From the IMG/VR virus record IMGVR_UViG_3300045988_173968: DNA of 64,000 nt; one strand, given 5' to 3'. The notes below the pieces were generated by a model that saw nothing but the letters and a program-made list of their open reading frames with translations, made no database searches and was not told the origin of the DNA. The translations under genes and the position numbers were made by a program. Source of the stretch: a virus. This document shows positions 28,802 through 37,172 of this stretch, piece by piece; the first letter of the stretch is position 1; each line of letters opens with the position of its first letter.

Positions 28802-28974
28802 TTAAGCACCACCCCGAAGCAAGTTGTAAGAACCTCGAGAATCGTCAGCAATACCATCGCTCCAGAAAAGCCAGCATTGATAACAGCCCAACGATAGCTA
28901 CTGTTGTCGTAATAGTTCTTTGTAAGAAGAACAGCCATAGTCGTCCACATCACTTGCAAAACAATCGTAATCAT
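28798..28974 (-). CDS. Small membrane protein (58 aa)
   Basis: MITIVLQVMWTTMAVLLTK..AGFSGAMVLLTILEVLTTCFGVVLK. ATGA overlaps at both ends. Confidence 0.4.
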   Translation of the reverse strand: MITIVLQVMWTTMAVLLTKNYYDNSSYRWAVINAGFSGAMVLLTILEVLTTCFGVVLK

Positions 28975-29162
28975 TTTTCACTCATCCTTTCTTCCTTGAA
29001 TATCCACTCGGTTTCATCTATGTATTTCATGCGGCACCAATAATCAAGACACCGATTATGCCGAAAATACTTTCCGCATTTTCGGCATTGGAATAAACTA
29101 TATCCTCTCACATATTTATATCTGCCTACAAATTGCATATCATGCCTGCAAAATATCCTCAC
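28971..29162 (-). CDS. Hypothetical Zn-ribbon protein
   Basis: CRHD..CRKCGKYFRHNRC. GTG start. Confidence 0.45.
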   Translation of the reverse strand: MRIFCRHDMQFVGRYKYVRGYSLFQCRKCGKYFRHNRCLDYWCRMKYIDETEWIFKEERMSEK

Positions 29163-29416
29163 AAATATTCCTCCAACTCAAATCCCTTGTGGCAAAATCC
29201 AGTTACATCGGAGATATAGCCAGAGATGGCTTCCTCATCTTCGATGTCATTGAGAATCGTGATTTCGTTTGGTAACTCAACGCCGTCGTCATCCTCCGGG
29301 CCAATATACCACTGAATGTTGACCGCCTTTCTCTGCGGGCATTCCGCTTCGCGCCACTCTCCCTCACACGCCCAGATTTCCGAACCGAAACCACGGTCAA
29401 ACTCCCATTCATAGAA
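29159..29416 (-). CDS. 85-codon acidic ORF with no canonical start, in frame with and directly after the TAA of the upstream gene
   Basis: FYEWEFDRGFGSEIWACEGEW...ISDVTGFCHKGFELEEYL has protein-like composition. The only nearby ATG (29412) is in another frame. Confidence 0.35.
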   Translation of the reverse strand, partial: FYEWEFDRGFGSEIWACEGEWREAECPQRKAVNIQWYIGPEDDDGVELPNEITILNDIEDEEAISGYISDVTGFCHKGFELEEYL

Positions 29417-30196
29417 TTAACCTTTTATATCTTTCCAGTAGCAGTAGAGACACCCGTGGGGGCATCTCGTCTTATGTTTCAGCAGTTCAGTTTTCCCTGC
29501 ATAACACATACAGCCCTTTCGTTGATAGCCAGCCCCGTTTGATTCTGCATCCTCAGAAAATCCAAGCAGATTGAGGTCGTAGTCTGAAATGCAGCCACAG
29601 GCAATCGGCTCCGTAAGACCAGGTTCTGCACAGGACTCAATTCGGAGAACTTTGCCGTTATCCAGCCCTTTCCAGAACTGCTTTGCTTGCCGCAGCATAT
29701 CGTCCACTTTTGAAAGCTGTGCTTGGGACGGAGCGAAACCGTTATCGCCATAGGGAAGCGGCAATCCAGCCTTTTTGAACCGGCTTCTTGCGTGTGGATA
29801 CATATCAATAACGCTCACTCTGTAGCGCTGAAATCCCATTTCCATAAAGGAAATCATTGTACGGTATGCAACTGAAAGTCCTTTCTCCGTGGGGATGATG
29901 GGGTCGATGCGAATGACGATTTTCTCCATCGGAAACCCAGCTTTGACCAGCTCCATAATTGCGGCAAACTCCTCGTATGGAGTAGGCACATTAGGTTCCA
30001 AAACTGAATGTCCATATCCAGTAATTGTTGTATGAACAACGAGCTTGTCCTTGTGTTCAAGAGCAGCATCGAAGAACTCTGGTGAAACGCACTTCGTAAT
30101 TAGGACAGCGGCATCAACATTGTCTAATTTCTCCTCCCAAGACAAGTCAACCCCTGCGTCGCCTGCCTCTGTAACTCCTATCTTATATAACGCCAT
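29417..30196 (-). CDS. DUF1848-family protein
   Basis: LEPNVP, RIDPIIP, SCAEP, QRKGCMC and the C-terminal CPHGCLYCYW match the recalled DUF1848 pattern. Confidence 0.55.
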   Translation of the reverse strand: MALYKIGVTEAGDAGVDLSWEEKLDNVDAAVLITKCVSPEFFDAALEHKDKLVVHTTITGYGHSVLEPNVPTPYEEFAAIMELVKAGFPMEKIVIRIDPIIPTEKGLSVAYRTMISFMEMGFQRYRVSVIDMYPHARSRFKKAGLPLPYGDNGFAPSQAQLSKVDDMLRQAKQFWKGLDNGKVLRIESCAEPGLTEPIACGCISDYDLNLLGFSEDAESNGAGYQRKGCMCYAGKTELLKHKTRCPHGCLYCYWKDIKG

Positions 30197-30202
30197 ATCA
30201 AA

Positions 30203-30541
30203 TTAACCTTTCATATCTTCTGAGTGAGTCACAAGATATTCCCACCAAATGCATTTACTCATGGAGCCGGTGCCAACAAGAGAAAGGCAAAATGTCTTGT
30301 TTTTACATTGATGACAAGCCGGTTTCAAAGCCTCGCTTACATCTTCAAAATCGCATACGAACCACGATTCATCCGAATCAAGGGTTATAAAAATTGAATA
30401 ACCGCCATCTTGCTTCCGGTATAATTCTATTGCCCAGATATCATTCTGCAATGCAACCGTGTCTGAGCTGCCGATAAACCCGATGCGTTCACGAGTTGCA
30501 AGCCATTCATCACGCTCATCTAATCTTGTTATCTCATGCAT
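30203..30541 (-). CDS. Hypothetical protein
   Basis: Track ORF with a TAA stop. Confidence 0.5.
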   Translation of the reverse strand: MHEITRLDERDEWLATRERIGFIGSSDTVALQNDIWAIELYRKQDGGYSIFITLDSDESWFVCDFEDVSEALKPACHQCKNKTFCLSLVGTGSMSKCIWWEYLVTHSEDMKG

Positions 30542-30681
30542 AAAATCACCCTTTCATGTTCTCCAACATTCCTGTTCTTTGTCCCACCGCTCAATTATTC
30601 TCGGCCTGTCAATGCTCGTTAAATACCACCTGTTCTTTCTCGTTCGGTTCTAACGCGCTGCACTCAACGGGTTCGTAGAAC

Positions 30682-30879
30682 TCATTTACCATAATGTCCG
30701 CACCATGCCTCCTTATAATTATTTTTCTGAAGCTCGTGTACTACATAGCCGATGTATCTCCGACAATCAGCTCCAAAGCTGGCAACACTCACCAGCGTTG
30801 AAACCTTAATATTGCTGTAATGGCGTTCACAGTCCTTGAATGGGCAACTAGTGTTATCACAGTATGTACGGTCTCCCAT
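30682..30879 (-). CDS. Hypothetical Cys-rich protein
   Basis: Track ORF with a TGA stop. Confidence 0.45.
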   Translation of the reverse strand: MGDRTYCDNTSCPFKDCERHYSNIKVSTLVSVASFGADCRRYIGYVVHELQKNNYKEAWCGHYGK

Positions 30880-30889
30880 ATTTCCTCCT

Positions 30890-31525
30890 TTACATCACAC
30901 GAAAATCTTCATATTTGATTTTCACAATGATGCGCTTGCCTGTGCGGTCTCGAAGCTCAACAGCCGGACGCCCAACAACGCCTTCCATAAATGCTGTGCC
31001 CATCGTGGACTTTGGATGTCCCTCAACAAAAGCAATTGCTTCGTCGATAGTACCCTCCAATACGATTGGAACTACATCAATACCAAGCATAGTTGCCGTC
31101 TGTTCTACCCACTGGCGTTCCTGATAGTTCTCTCCGACCAAAACATCAAAAAGGATAAAAGACACATCCTCCCGATAATTTCCGCCTTTTTGGATCTTCG
31201 GGCCATATCCCTCGCCAAACAGAATGACCTGTTTCTCGCCGTATGTCTGTTCAAACAGTTGCTCGACCTCCGGAGTCGAAAATGTATTGTTAAGGTACTC
31301 TAAGAGGAACTGCGGGATCGTAGCCTTGTCTGTTCTGCCAGCGAAGCTAATGTAGTGCCCATCCCAAATGACGCGAATATTGGTGCCGTCGAACTTCTCT
31401 GTGAACTGCCACTTGCTGTCCTTGAGATACTCCACGGCTTCGTTCCGCCAGTTGCCACGAATCAGCTTCTTTGTTCCGGTAGTGTCTCTGTTAAACACTG
31501 TTTCAATTTTGTTATACTCAACCAT
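30890..31525 (-). CDS. ATP-dependent RNA ligase-like nucleotidyltransferase
   Basis: Motif I TEKFDGTN (KxDGxN), FGEGYG, FILFDV, EGVVGRP, and motif V IIVKIK. Confidence 0.65.
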   Translation of the reverse strand: MVEYNKIETVFNRDTTGTKKLIRGNWRNEAVEYLKDSKWQFTEKFDGTNIRVIWDGHYISFAGRTDKATIPQFLLEYLNNTFSTPEVEQLFEQTYGEKQVILFGEGYGPKIQKGGNYREDVSFILFDVLVGENYQERQWVEQTATMLGIDVVPIVLEGTIDEAIAFVEGHPKSTMGTAFMEGVVGRPAVELRDRTGKRIIVKIKYEDFRVM

Positions 31526-31832
31526 TCTTATCCCCTCCTAAAACCTTCAATAAATCATCTTCAAAATTCTCAATTTCTACTGTTCTGAGGTCTTCAACAT
31601 CAATTAGATCGTCCTCAGTGAAGTCGTAGTATTCTAACTCCAAAGGGTCATCCATGTAAACAACTTCCCCAGAAACAATGGCATATGCATAACTGTCATA
31701 GATCCAACTCCAATTTCTTATACCCTCTTCTTTTAAGGCATCAATCAATTCAAGCCGCAAATCCAGACCCGATTTATTATGTTCGTTAAATCCGCGGATC
31801 GGATGCTTCTCCATTATTCTTACATCAAGCAT
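31518..31832 (-). CDS. GG-tail family small protein (tail ..FEDDLLKVLGG-DKNG)
   Basis: Shares an N-terminal fold with the next two ORFs (MLxVxLMxxxPxRG) and carries the C-terminal tail motif. Confidence 0.6.
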   Translation of the reverse strand: MLDVRIMEKHPIRGFNEHNKSGLDLRLELIDALKEEGIRNWSWIYDSYAYAIVSGEVVYMDDPLELEYYDFTEDDLIDVEDLRTVEIENFEDDLLKVLGGDKNG

Positions 31833-31834
31833 GC

Positions 31835-32113
31835 TTAACCTCCTAATAGAGTCATCAGCTCACTCTCAAATTGACAATCTTCATAATTTTCTACAAAGAG
31901 ATCCTCGAAAGTGATGTAGTCGAGATGATAACGACAAGCATCCACTACAATAAGGTTTTTCGGATTTATAAAATACATGAATTGAGAATTAAAATTCCAG
32001 TAAGTTGGGTTTATTACGCCTGCCTCTTTCAAAGCCTTTTGAAGCTCTTTAGCGTCATCTCTTTTTAATGGCCCACGAAGTGGTTTAACCCGCATCAAGT
32101 CAACATTTAGCAT
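31835..32113 (-). CDS. GG-tail family small protein (ends ..FESELMTLLGG)
   Basis: TAA stop directly after GG. Paralog of its neighbours. Confidence 0.6.
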   Translation of the reverse strand: MLNVDLMRVKPLRGPLKRDDAKELQKALKEAGVINPTYWNFNSQFMYFINPKNLIVVDACRYHLDYITFEDLFVENYEDCQFESELMTLLGG

Positions 32114-32115
32114 GT

Positions 32116-32391
32116 TTACACCCCCAATAGATTAAATAGTTCCTTTGAGAAATCCGGTATAGCGGGCTCAAAAAGATCGAGATACGAAATAAAATCACTC
32201 CGGTTTAATTCTGAACCACATCTAATATCAAGTCGATTGCCATTTATTTTGTATACAGATTTGTAGCTATCCATATGCCATCCGTCGAAATTGATTCCCG
32301 CATCTTTCATTGCTTCAAGTATTGCTTCTCTGTATATGCCTTGTGGACAGGTAATCCAGTTATTCCGCATCAAGTCAAGGTTTGCTTCCAT
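32116..32391 (-). CDS. GG-tail family small protein, degenerate tail (..FSKELFNLLGV)
   Basis: Paralog of 31835-32113. A truncated further copy (VLDIYLLRSHYFRGPL..) lies at about 32392-32466. Confidence 0.55.
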   Translation of the reverse strand: MEANLDLMRNNWITCPQGIYREAILEAMKDAGINFDGWHMDSYKSVYKINGNRLDIRCGSELNRSDFISYLDLFEPAIPDFSKELFNLLGV

Positions 32392-32479
32392 TTAAATCAA
32401 CTCCCATTGTTGTTCTTCCGTTAATGGCCCACGAAAATAATGGCTCCTAAGCAAATAAATGTCCAACACAATTAACTCC

Positions 32480-32766
32480 TCCTATTTATTGCAACCTGAG
32501 ATATCTGTTCCAAGTTTGGATCGCCTCTTCGTCGTCTTAAGTTGGGCTTCTGGCCCAATTAAGTCGGATTTGACTTAAGTTTGACTAGCCGAGGTGTGAA
32601 CTCCTGTACTGTTTATCGGACTTTGACCTAGTATATGACCTCGGGCAGCAAGCTGCCGGCTTCTCGCCTTCGCTAATCAGACTCCCTGGCGTCCTTCTTG
32701 CCCTCACAATGCGTTACAGCCGGTTATACCGAGCTGCTTTAGCAGTCGCTAAAAATATCGTTGCAA
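32480..32766 (-). ncRNA. Noncoding module X (about 287 nt) bounded by an 8-bp inverted repeat (ATTGCAAC...GTTGCAAT); retron-msr/msd-like
   Basis: No ORF. Its ends are shared with 36179-36479 (AAAAATATCGTTGCAA and TTGCAACCTGAGAT on the plus strand). Its interior motif GGTATAACCG..ACGCAT..CAAGA.G.ACGCC is shared with 35909-36175. A G follows the 5' repeat. Confidence 0.45.
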
Positions 32767-32775
32767 TTTTTTTAA

Positions 32776-32976
32776 TTATTTATTTTCTGAGAAAAGCTCG
32801 TCCACCGTGGAATCAAGAGCAGAAGCAATTTTCTGATAGTTCTCCAATCTGGAGCGAGTAAAGTTCTTTTCGATTTTGGAAACGGTAGCGGTACAGAGCC
32901 CAACCTTGTCGGCAAGGTCTTTCATGCCGTAGCCTTTCTCCATGCGCTTCTTCATCATTTCATAATTGTGTTTCAT
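32776..32976 (-). CDS. XRE-type helix-turn-helix regulator
   Basis: GYGMKDLADKVGLCTATVSKIEKN..LENYQKIASAL. Start at MKHNYE, which has an AAGGAGG RBS. Confidence 0.75.
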   Translation of the reverse strand: MKHNYEMMKKRMEKGYGMKDLADKVGLCTATVSKIEKNFTRSRLENYQKIASALDSTVDELFSENK

Positions 32977-33088
32977 AGTTAATACCTCCTTAAATGTTGA
33001 CAAGTTAGCAAAAATATACTACTATGGTCGTAGCACATTCTTTCTGTTTCATGGTGTGCCGCCGCCCTTCATGGGCGGCTCCTTTCTT

Positions 33089-33562
33089 TTATTCGTCCTC
33101 TTCGGTGTAATCTACCCAATAGATAGGGAGATTGATCCAATCTTCCTCACCGTCTGCCTTAGCATAAAAGAAGCCGCCCTCGCCAGATTCTCTAACTGTG
33201 GCAACTTCTTCCTCGGTAGCTTCGCGCCAATTTCCTTCGCCAAACTCGGCATTAAGTTCATTCTCGAGACACTCTTCAGAACAATATGTAACGCAATCGT
33301 CTTCGTTGTAGTATCCCTCGTTAATTTTTTCTCCACAGCAAGCGCAGGTCGTCTTAAAAACTGGGATTGCCAGGAATGCGTCAATTTTCTTTATGGCTTT
33401 GTTCAAATCAACTCCAGTGCTCTTGATTTGAATTGTCTTACCATCTTCCGCAAGGTATGCTTCCATACCCTCGCCTATCTCATCGGCGGAATAAATAGTT
33501 TCTTTATCTTCCATACCATTGAGTTTAAGATCAATGATCAGTCTGAGTTTTCTTGAAAACAT
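33089..33562 (-). CDS. Hypothetical protein with a Zn-ribbon
   Basis: Track ORF with CACCGE..YCSEEC. A GC hairpin lies after the stop. Confidence 0.5.
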   Translation of the reverse strand: MFSRKLRLIIDLKLNGMEDKETIYSADEIGEGMEAYLAEDGKTIQIKSTGVDLNKAIKKIDAFLAIPVFKTTCACCGEKINEGYYNEDDCVTYCSEECLENELNAEFGEGNWREATEEEVATVRESGEGGFFYAKADGEEDWINLPIYWVDYTEEDE

Positions 33563-33574
33563 TTCACATCCTCC

Positions 33575-33892
33575 TTAATTATCTAAAAGTGTTTGAAGCT
33601 CGTTTGAAAAATCATAGCCACCTGACGGATTTGACATTTCGATCAATTCCTCGATAGTGATAACTGGGTATGGCGAAAAAGTAATAAAAGTGCAAAACAT
33701 CTCAAGAAAGCCTCCGACTGCTTCTTTTATAAAATAACAATCGCCATCCCAACACATATAACATTGCAAAGATTTTTCGCCATCGTAAGCATCTACGGCA
33801 TGCTGCATTGTTGCCGCCCATTTGCCTATATCCCCGTGGAAGAACACCGCATATTCCTTGAGCAGATCCAGGTTAATATAGGGGTAATCCAT
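33575..33892 (-). CDS. GG-tail family relative, degenerate tail (..DFSNELQTLLDN)
   Basis: Paralog of 33905-34210 (both contain IEELIEMS / FVEMSSP followed by the tail). Confidence 0.5.
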   Translation of the reverse strand: MDYPYINLDLLKEYAVFFHGDIGKWAATMQHAVDAYDGEKSLQCYMCWDGDCYFIKEAVGGFLEMFCTFITFSPYPVITIEELIEMSNPSGGYDFSNELQTLLDN

Positions 33893-33904
33893 ACCATTCC
33901 CTCC

Positions 33905-34210
33905 TTATATTCCAAGCAACGCTGCAAGCTGTTCGGAGAAATCTTCCTGCGGAGAAGACATCTCAACGAATTCGTCCCATGTTATTACTGGTCTGTCTTC
34001 TTCAAAATTACACAAGTTTCTGCATAACATCGTATTATGCACGATATAATACACCGCTTTATCACAATTCCATTTCATGCCGCAACTCAAGAGACCCGTA
34101 TAACAACGAACAGAGTATTTCATCGTATCGACCATGGTTCTACTCCAATGGTCAATCTTCAGAGCATATGTCCTCAACAAATCCAAATCAACATAAAGAT
34201 ATTCCGGCAT
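33905..34210 (-). CDS. GG-tail family relative, degenerate tail (..DFSEQLAALLGI)
   Basis: Paralog of 33575-33892. Confidence 0.5.
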   Translation of the reverse strand: MPEYLYVDLDLLRTYALKIDHWSRTMVDTMKYSVRCYTGLLSCGMKWNCDKAVYYIVHNTMLCRNLCNFEEDRPVITWDEFVEMSSPQEDFSEQLAALLGI

Positions 34211-34212
34211 AC

Positions 34213-34455
34213 TTATACCCCCTGAATTCCAAGAATCACATATCCGTCTTTAACAAAATCCGGGTCGGACAACGCATAGCAGATACGCATTGTCACAGAC
34301 TTTCCGGTATATTCACCGTTATACTCTTTCAGAATCAGAATATCTCCCACACGGAAGTCTCTGTCGTACTTACGAACCTCAAAAGTCTTAACTCCGTTCA
34401 CTACATCTCTGTAGTACGGTGGCCAGATTTTTAATTCATGTATCTTCGGATTCAT
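34213..34455 (-). CDS. ASCH/PUA-like (DUF3850-like) domain protein
   Basis: MNPKIHELKIWPPYYRDVVNGVKTFEVRKYDRDFRVGDILILKEY matches the recalled ASCH/DUF3850 pattern. ATGA overlap with the upstream gene. Confidence 0.55.
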   Translation of the reverse strand: MNPKIHELKIWPPYYRDVVNGVKTFEVRKYDRDFRVGDILILKEYNGEYTGKSVTMRICYALSDPDFVKDGYVILGIQGV

Positions 34456-34721
34456 ACGGCTGCACCTCCTAACAGTGTCATAAGCTCTTCTTCGAAAGTG
34501 AAAGGCTCCTCTACTTGAACTTTTTCGAGGAATGCAGGAACAGCCCATTCGATTCTTTCCCTACCAGAGTTTTCATGAATACAGATGCGATACTCGCGGT
34601 CGCTGAAACCAATAACCTCAATAAACTCAACACAACTACTGCGCCGATATTTATCAAGTCTCCAGGGCAATCTTTGATGGTTTACGATTTGCACAACATC
34701 TCCAACTTGAAACTTTCTCAT
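34452..34721 (-). CDS. GG-tail family small protein (..FEEELMTLLGG-AAV), SH3/KOW-like N-terminus
   Basis: N-terminus is MRKFQVGDVVQIV. C-terminal tail motif with a 3-residue extension. Confidence 0.6.
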   Translation of the reverse strand: MRKFQVGDVVQIVNHQRLPWRLDKYRRSSCVEFIEVIGFSDREYRICIHENSGRERIEWAVPAFLEKVQVEEPFTFEEELMTLLGGAAV

Positions 34722-34733
34722 ATACTCCCCTCC

Positions 34734-35882
34734 TTACGCAGCAACATCGTCTGCCATCATCTTGATGACATCGCAATGATACTTTTTGTTGTACCAAGAG
34801 ATCACATAATCAAAATACTCAGGTTCCACATTGCTATAATAAGAAAGCTTGCCACGCAGAGTCATTACTTCTTCCGGCGGCCAGCCCTTACCATCTTTTC
34901 TTGCAACTATGTAGTTATTCAGCATTGCCTTGAACACCTTTTTATTCTCGTGTCCAACAGTGATTTTGTTGTCTTTGTTGATCATCAAACCAAGACACCA
35001 GTTTCGACCTGCTCTGCTGCCGTAATGTGTTTTTTCTTTCTTAATGGTGTATGGCGCATCGAACTTCTTAAATACATCGTTCATCATCTCGATGACGCCC
35101 ATGAACAAGAAACCTTTCTTGGAAGAAACCGTAGCATCATCGGCGTAACGAGTGTAGACAAAATCGTTAGTCTCGCTGGCTCTCAATCGTCGAGAGATTT
35201 CATGGTCGATGGGAATCATAATGACATTAGTAAGAAGCGGAGAAATCGGAGTTCCCTGCGGCAGTCCACCATCGAGGAAACAGAGAGAGATAGCATCTCG
35301 TAGCGCTTTCTCGCCATCCTCATATTTAACAACCTCGCAGAAAGGATAAATCACGGATAACATCCGCATTGTGAATTCCAGCGTAGTCGAACCAAAGAAA
35401 TTGCTCAAGTCCGTCTTGAGGTACCAATTACTGTTGTTTCTTTGATGTACTTTCAGCGCATCAGTAGTGCTTCTGCCCTTGATGTACGCAAAAGCAGCCG
35501 TATGATATAGAACCTTAAAATCATTCTCGAAGATTGCCTTGAGACTATACAGAGCTTGTTTCAGTTCGTCATCCGGCGCATCGATCTGACGCCAACCGCC
35601 GGATTTCTTTGGAATTTTGAAAGAATTATAATGTTCTCGCATGTTGTTCGCATCAAATTTCGGCTGGTAAGTACGATTAAAACTCTTCAGCTTCCCGATA
35701 AGATACGGTGCTCGCGCCATTTCTTTTAGCTCCTGGGGGAGCTTTTTGTATTCGTAGGTTCTTGTGGATGTCCCGAAGTCCACTCCGTTAATATACGGGC
35801 TGAGATTTTTCACACCAAAGAGAACATCCTCAAGGGTAAGTTGCTTCTTTGCTCTTGTCATAAATGTGGTTACATATGGCAT
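34734..35882 (-). CDS. Reverse transcriptase (retron-like or defence-RT-like, 382 aa)
   Basis: FKIPKKSGGWRQIDAP, YLKTDLSNFFGS, LPQGTPISPLLTN, YTRYADDATVS (YADD) and LGLMINKDNK. No maturase or endonuclease domains. Confidence 0.85.
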   Translation of the reverse strand: MPYVTTFMTRAKKQLTLEDVLFGVKNLSPYINGVDFGTSTRTYEYKKLPQELKEMARAPYLIGKLKSFNRTYQPKFDANNMREHYNSFKIPKKSGGWRQIDAPDDELKQALYSLKAIFENDFKVLYHTAAFAYIKGRSTTDALKVHQRNNSNWYLKTDLSNFFGSTTLEFTMRMLSVIYPFCEVVKYEDGEKALRDAISLCFLDGGLPQGTPISPLLTNVIMIPIDHEISRRLRASETNDFVYTRYADDATVSSKKGFLFMGVIEMMNDVFKKFDAPYTIKKEKTHYGSRAGRNWCLGLMINKDNKITVGHENKKVFKAMLNNYIVARKDGKGWPPEEVMTLRGKLSYYSNVEPEYFDYVISWYNKKYHCDVIKMMADDVAA

Positions 35883-35908
35883 ATAAAAACTCCTTTCTTT
35901 TGTGTCGA

Positions 35909-36175
35909 TAAAACAGTCTAAAACACTTTCCTGATGACGCTGGAGGCGCCTGAAGACTCGCTGTTCTGCTAGTTACGGCTTCTAGTGACGGCGTTCTAGA
36001 TGAAATAAGGCCATCTTGAGTGCAGCTTTCTAATGGTTTGAACCATTATTTGCCAGAAAAGATGATTCGAGCTCGCCAGTCGCTCCTGGATCAGCTCCGG
36101 CGTGCCTCTTGTCTGTGACTATGCGTACCATTCGGTTATACCAAAATGCGCTCAATGAGCTATAACACTGTTTTA
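35909..36175 (-). ncRNA. RT-proximal noncoding module Y2 bounded by a 9-bp inverted repeat (TAAAACAGT...ACTGTTTTA); best msr-msd or DRT-ncRNA candidate
   Basis: The 5' repeat is followed by G. The 3' repeat ends about 25 nt before the RT ATG. The interior is homologous to module X over about 55 nt. Confidence 0.5.
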
Positions 36176-36178
36176 CTT

Positions 36179-36479
36179 TTGCAACCTGAGATGTGTGCGA
36201 TGATCAGCTACTGAGCTCTGGAGACCGGCTCCTCGAGTTTACTGCTGTATTATGTTTGTCTTTACCGTGCGTTGGTTTCTGGATAAGCGGTGGATGTTAG
36301 CAGTTTTGCTTTCGCAGTTAACCTATATCTGTCTTGGTTAACGATGATGTTCCACTTCACCTCGCCTACGCCAGGTACCTGCAGGCTTCCTTCGTGGTAT
36401 CCCGTTCCTTTTCGCTGGCAATTCAGTACATTCGCTTAAAACGAAATGCTTTGTTTTGAAAACAAAAATATCGTTGCAA
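36179..36479 (-). ncRNA. Noncoding module Y1 (about 301 nt) bounded by a 9-bp inverted repeat (TTTTGCAAC...GTTGCAAAA)
   Basis: No ORF. Shares both termini with module X. Internal hairpins are visible (TTGTTTT/AAAACAA, GTTAACC/GGTTAAC, GGAG/CTCC). Confidence 0.4.
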
Positions 36480-36488
36480 AAAAATCAT

Positions 36489-37172
36489 TTAATAGGTATC
36501 AATGGCAAAATTAAAAGCGTCCACCAGAATAATCTTCTTAAGGACACCTTTATTTACAAAGTTTACGAAGTTGGAAACCCCAAAAGAAACGATAGTCCAA
36601 ATCGTTCCCGCAACTGAAAGAGATACATTGCAGGCAGATACAGGAGTTGCCGCTCTTGCTTCCTCCTCGGTAAACTCCATAGAGCGAAGCAGATTGTCCT
36701 GCATCTTAGGATCAGACCAGTTGGCTGCGTAGTGTTGAGCATCAGTAAGCCGTGTCCGGAAATCAAAGACAGCTTTGATGTTCATGTTTGTTGCGTTTTC
36801 CTTGACGATTCTCCGCCGAAGCTCAATGCTATCTACGCAGAGGAAAACATAGCCGCTCAGACGCTGCTTGTCATATCCCTTATCGAAGATTTTCAGCTCT
36901 GAATCGATATCTGGATTGATTTTATGAAGCATTTCGGCAACCGCCGCAGTCTTGGGCTTGCCAATATCCTCAGTCGTAAACATCTGATTGGCAAGGTTAT
37001 GTGCCTCAACGACATCGAAGTCGTAAAGAGAAATGTTCGTCAGCCCCAATCGGGCCAAACAAACCGCCAAAGTAGAACCGACGCTGCCACAGCCGATAAT
37101 ATGGATGCGGGTCTTCGCACACTTGTCTGGATTAAAGAACTCGAAGCTCTTTGACAAATCCATCATCTGCAT
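36489..37172 (-). CDS. ThiF/E1-like adenylyltransferase (Rossmann domain only, 227 aa)
   Basis: IHIIGCGSVGS (GxGxxG) followed by LYDFDVVEAHNLANQ. Overlaps the JAB gene by 41 nt. Confidence 0.75.
   Translation of the reverse strand: MQMMDLSKSFEFFNPDKCAKTRIHIIGCGSVGSTLAVCLARLGLTNISLYDFDVVEAHNLANQMFTTEDIGKPKTAAVAEMLHKINPDIDSELKIFDKGYDKQRLSGYVFLCVDSIELRRRIVKENATNMNIKAVFDFRTRLTDAQHYAANWSDPKMQDNLLRSMEFTEEEARAATPVSACNVSLSVAGTIWTIVSFGVSNFVNFVNKGVLKKIILVDAFNFAIDTY

Noticed and set aside
29203-29412. 69-aa ORF starting at the only ATG after the DUF1848 gene
   Set aside because: The product is Arg/Ser-rich and does not look like a protein. The overlapping startless frame looks genuine instead (see the finding at 29159-30196).
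32990-33090. Plus-strand TTGACA-17-TACTAT promoter followed about 30 nt later by a hairpin with a T-run, which would be a tiny sRNA
   Set aside because: The predicted transcript would be only about 50-60 nt. The elements can equally be the operator of the HTH gene and the bidirectional terminator of 33089-33562. The evidence is insufficient.
32480-36479. Diversity-generating retroelement (TR/VR pair) as the explanation for the RT plus the similar noncoding segments
   Set aside because: The X and Y2 similarity is in noncoding sequence. The mismatches are not adenine-specific, and no variable repeat lies at the 3' end of a target gene.
32480-36479. Integron attC-like sites (RYYYAAC...GTTRRRY) for the TTGCAAC...GTTGCAA termini
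   Set aside because: The termini do not fit the attC core consensus beyond AAC/GTT. No integron integrase is present.
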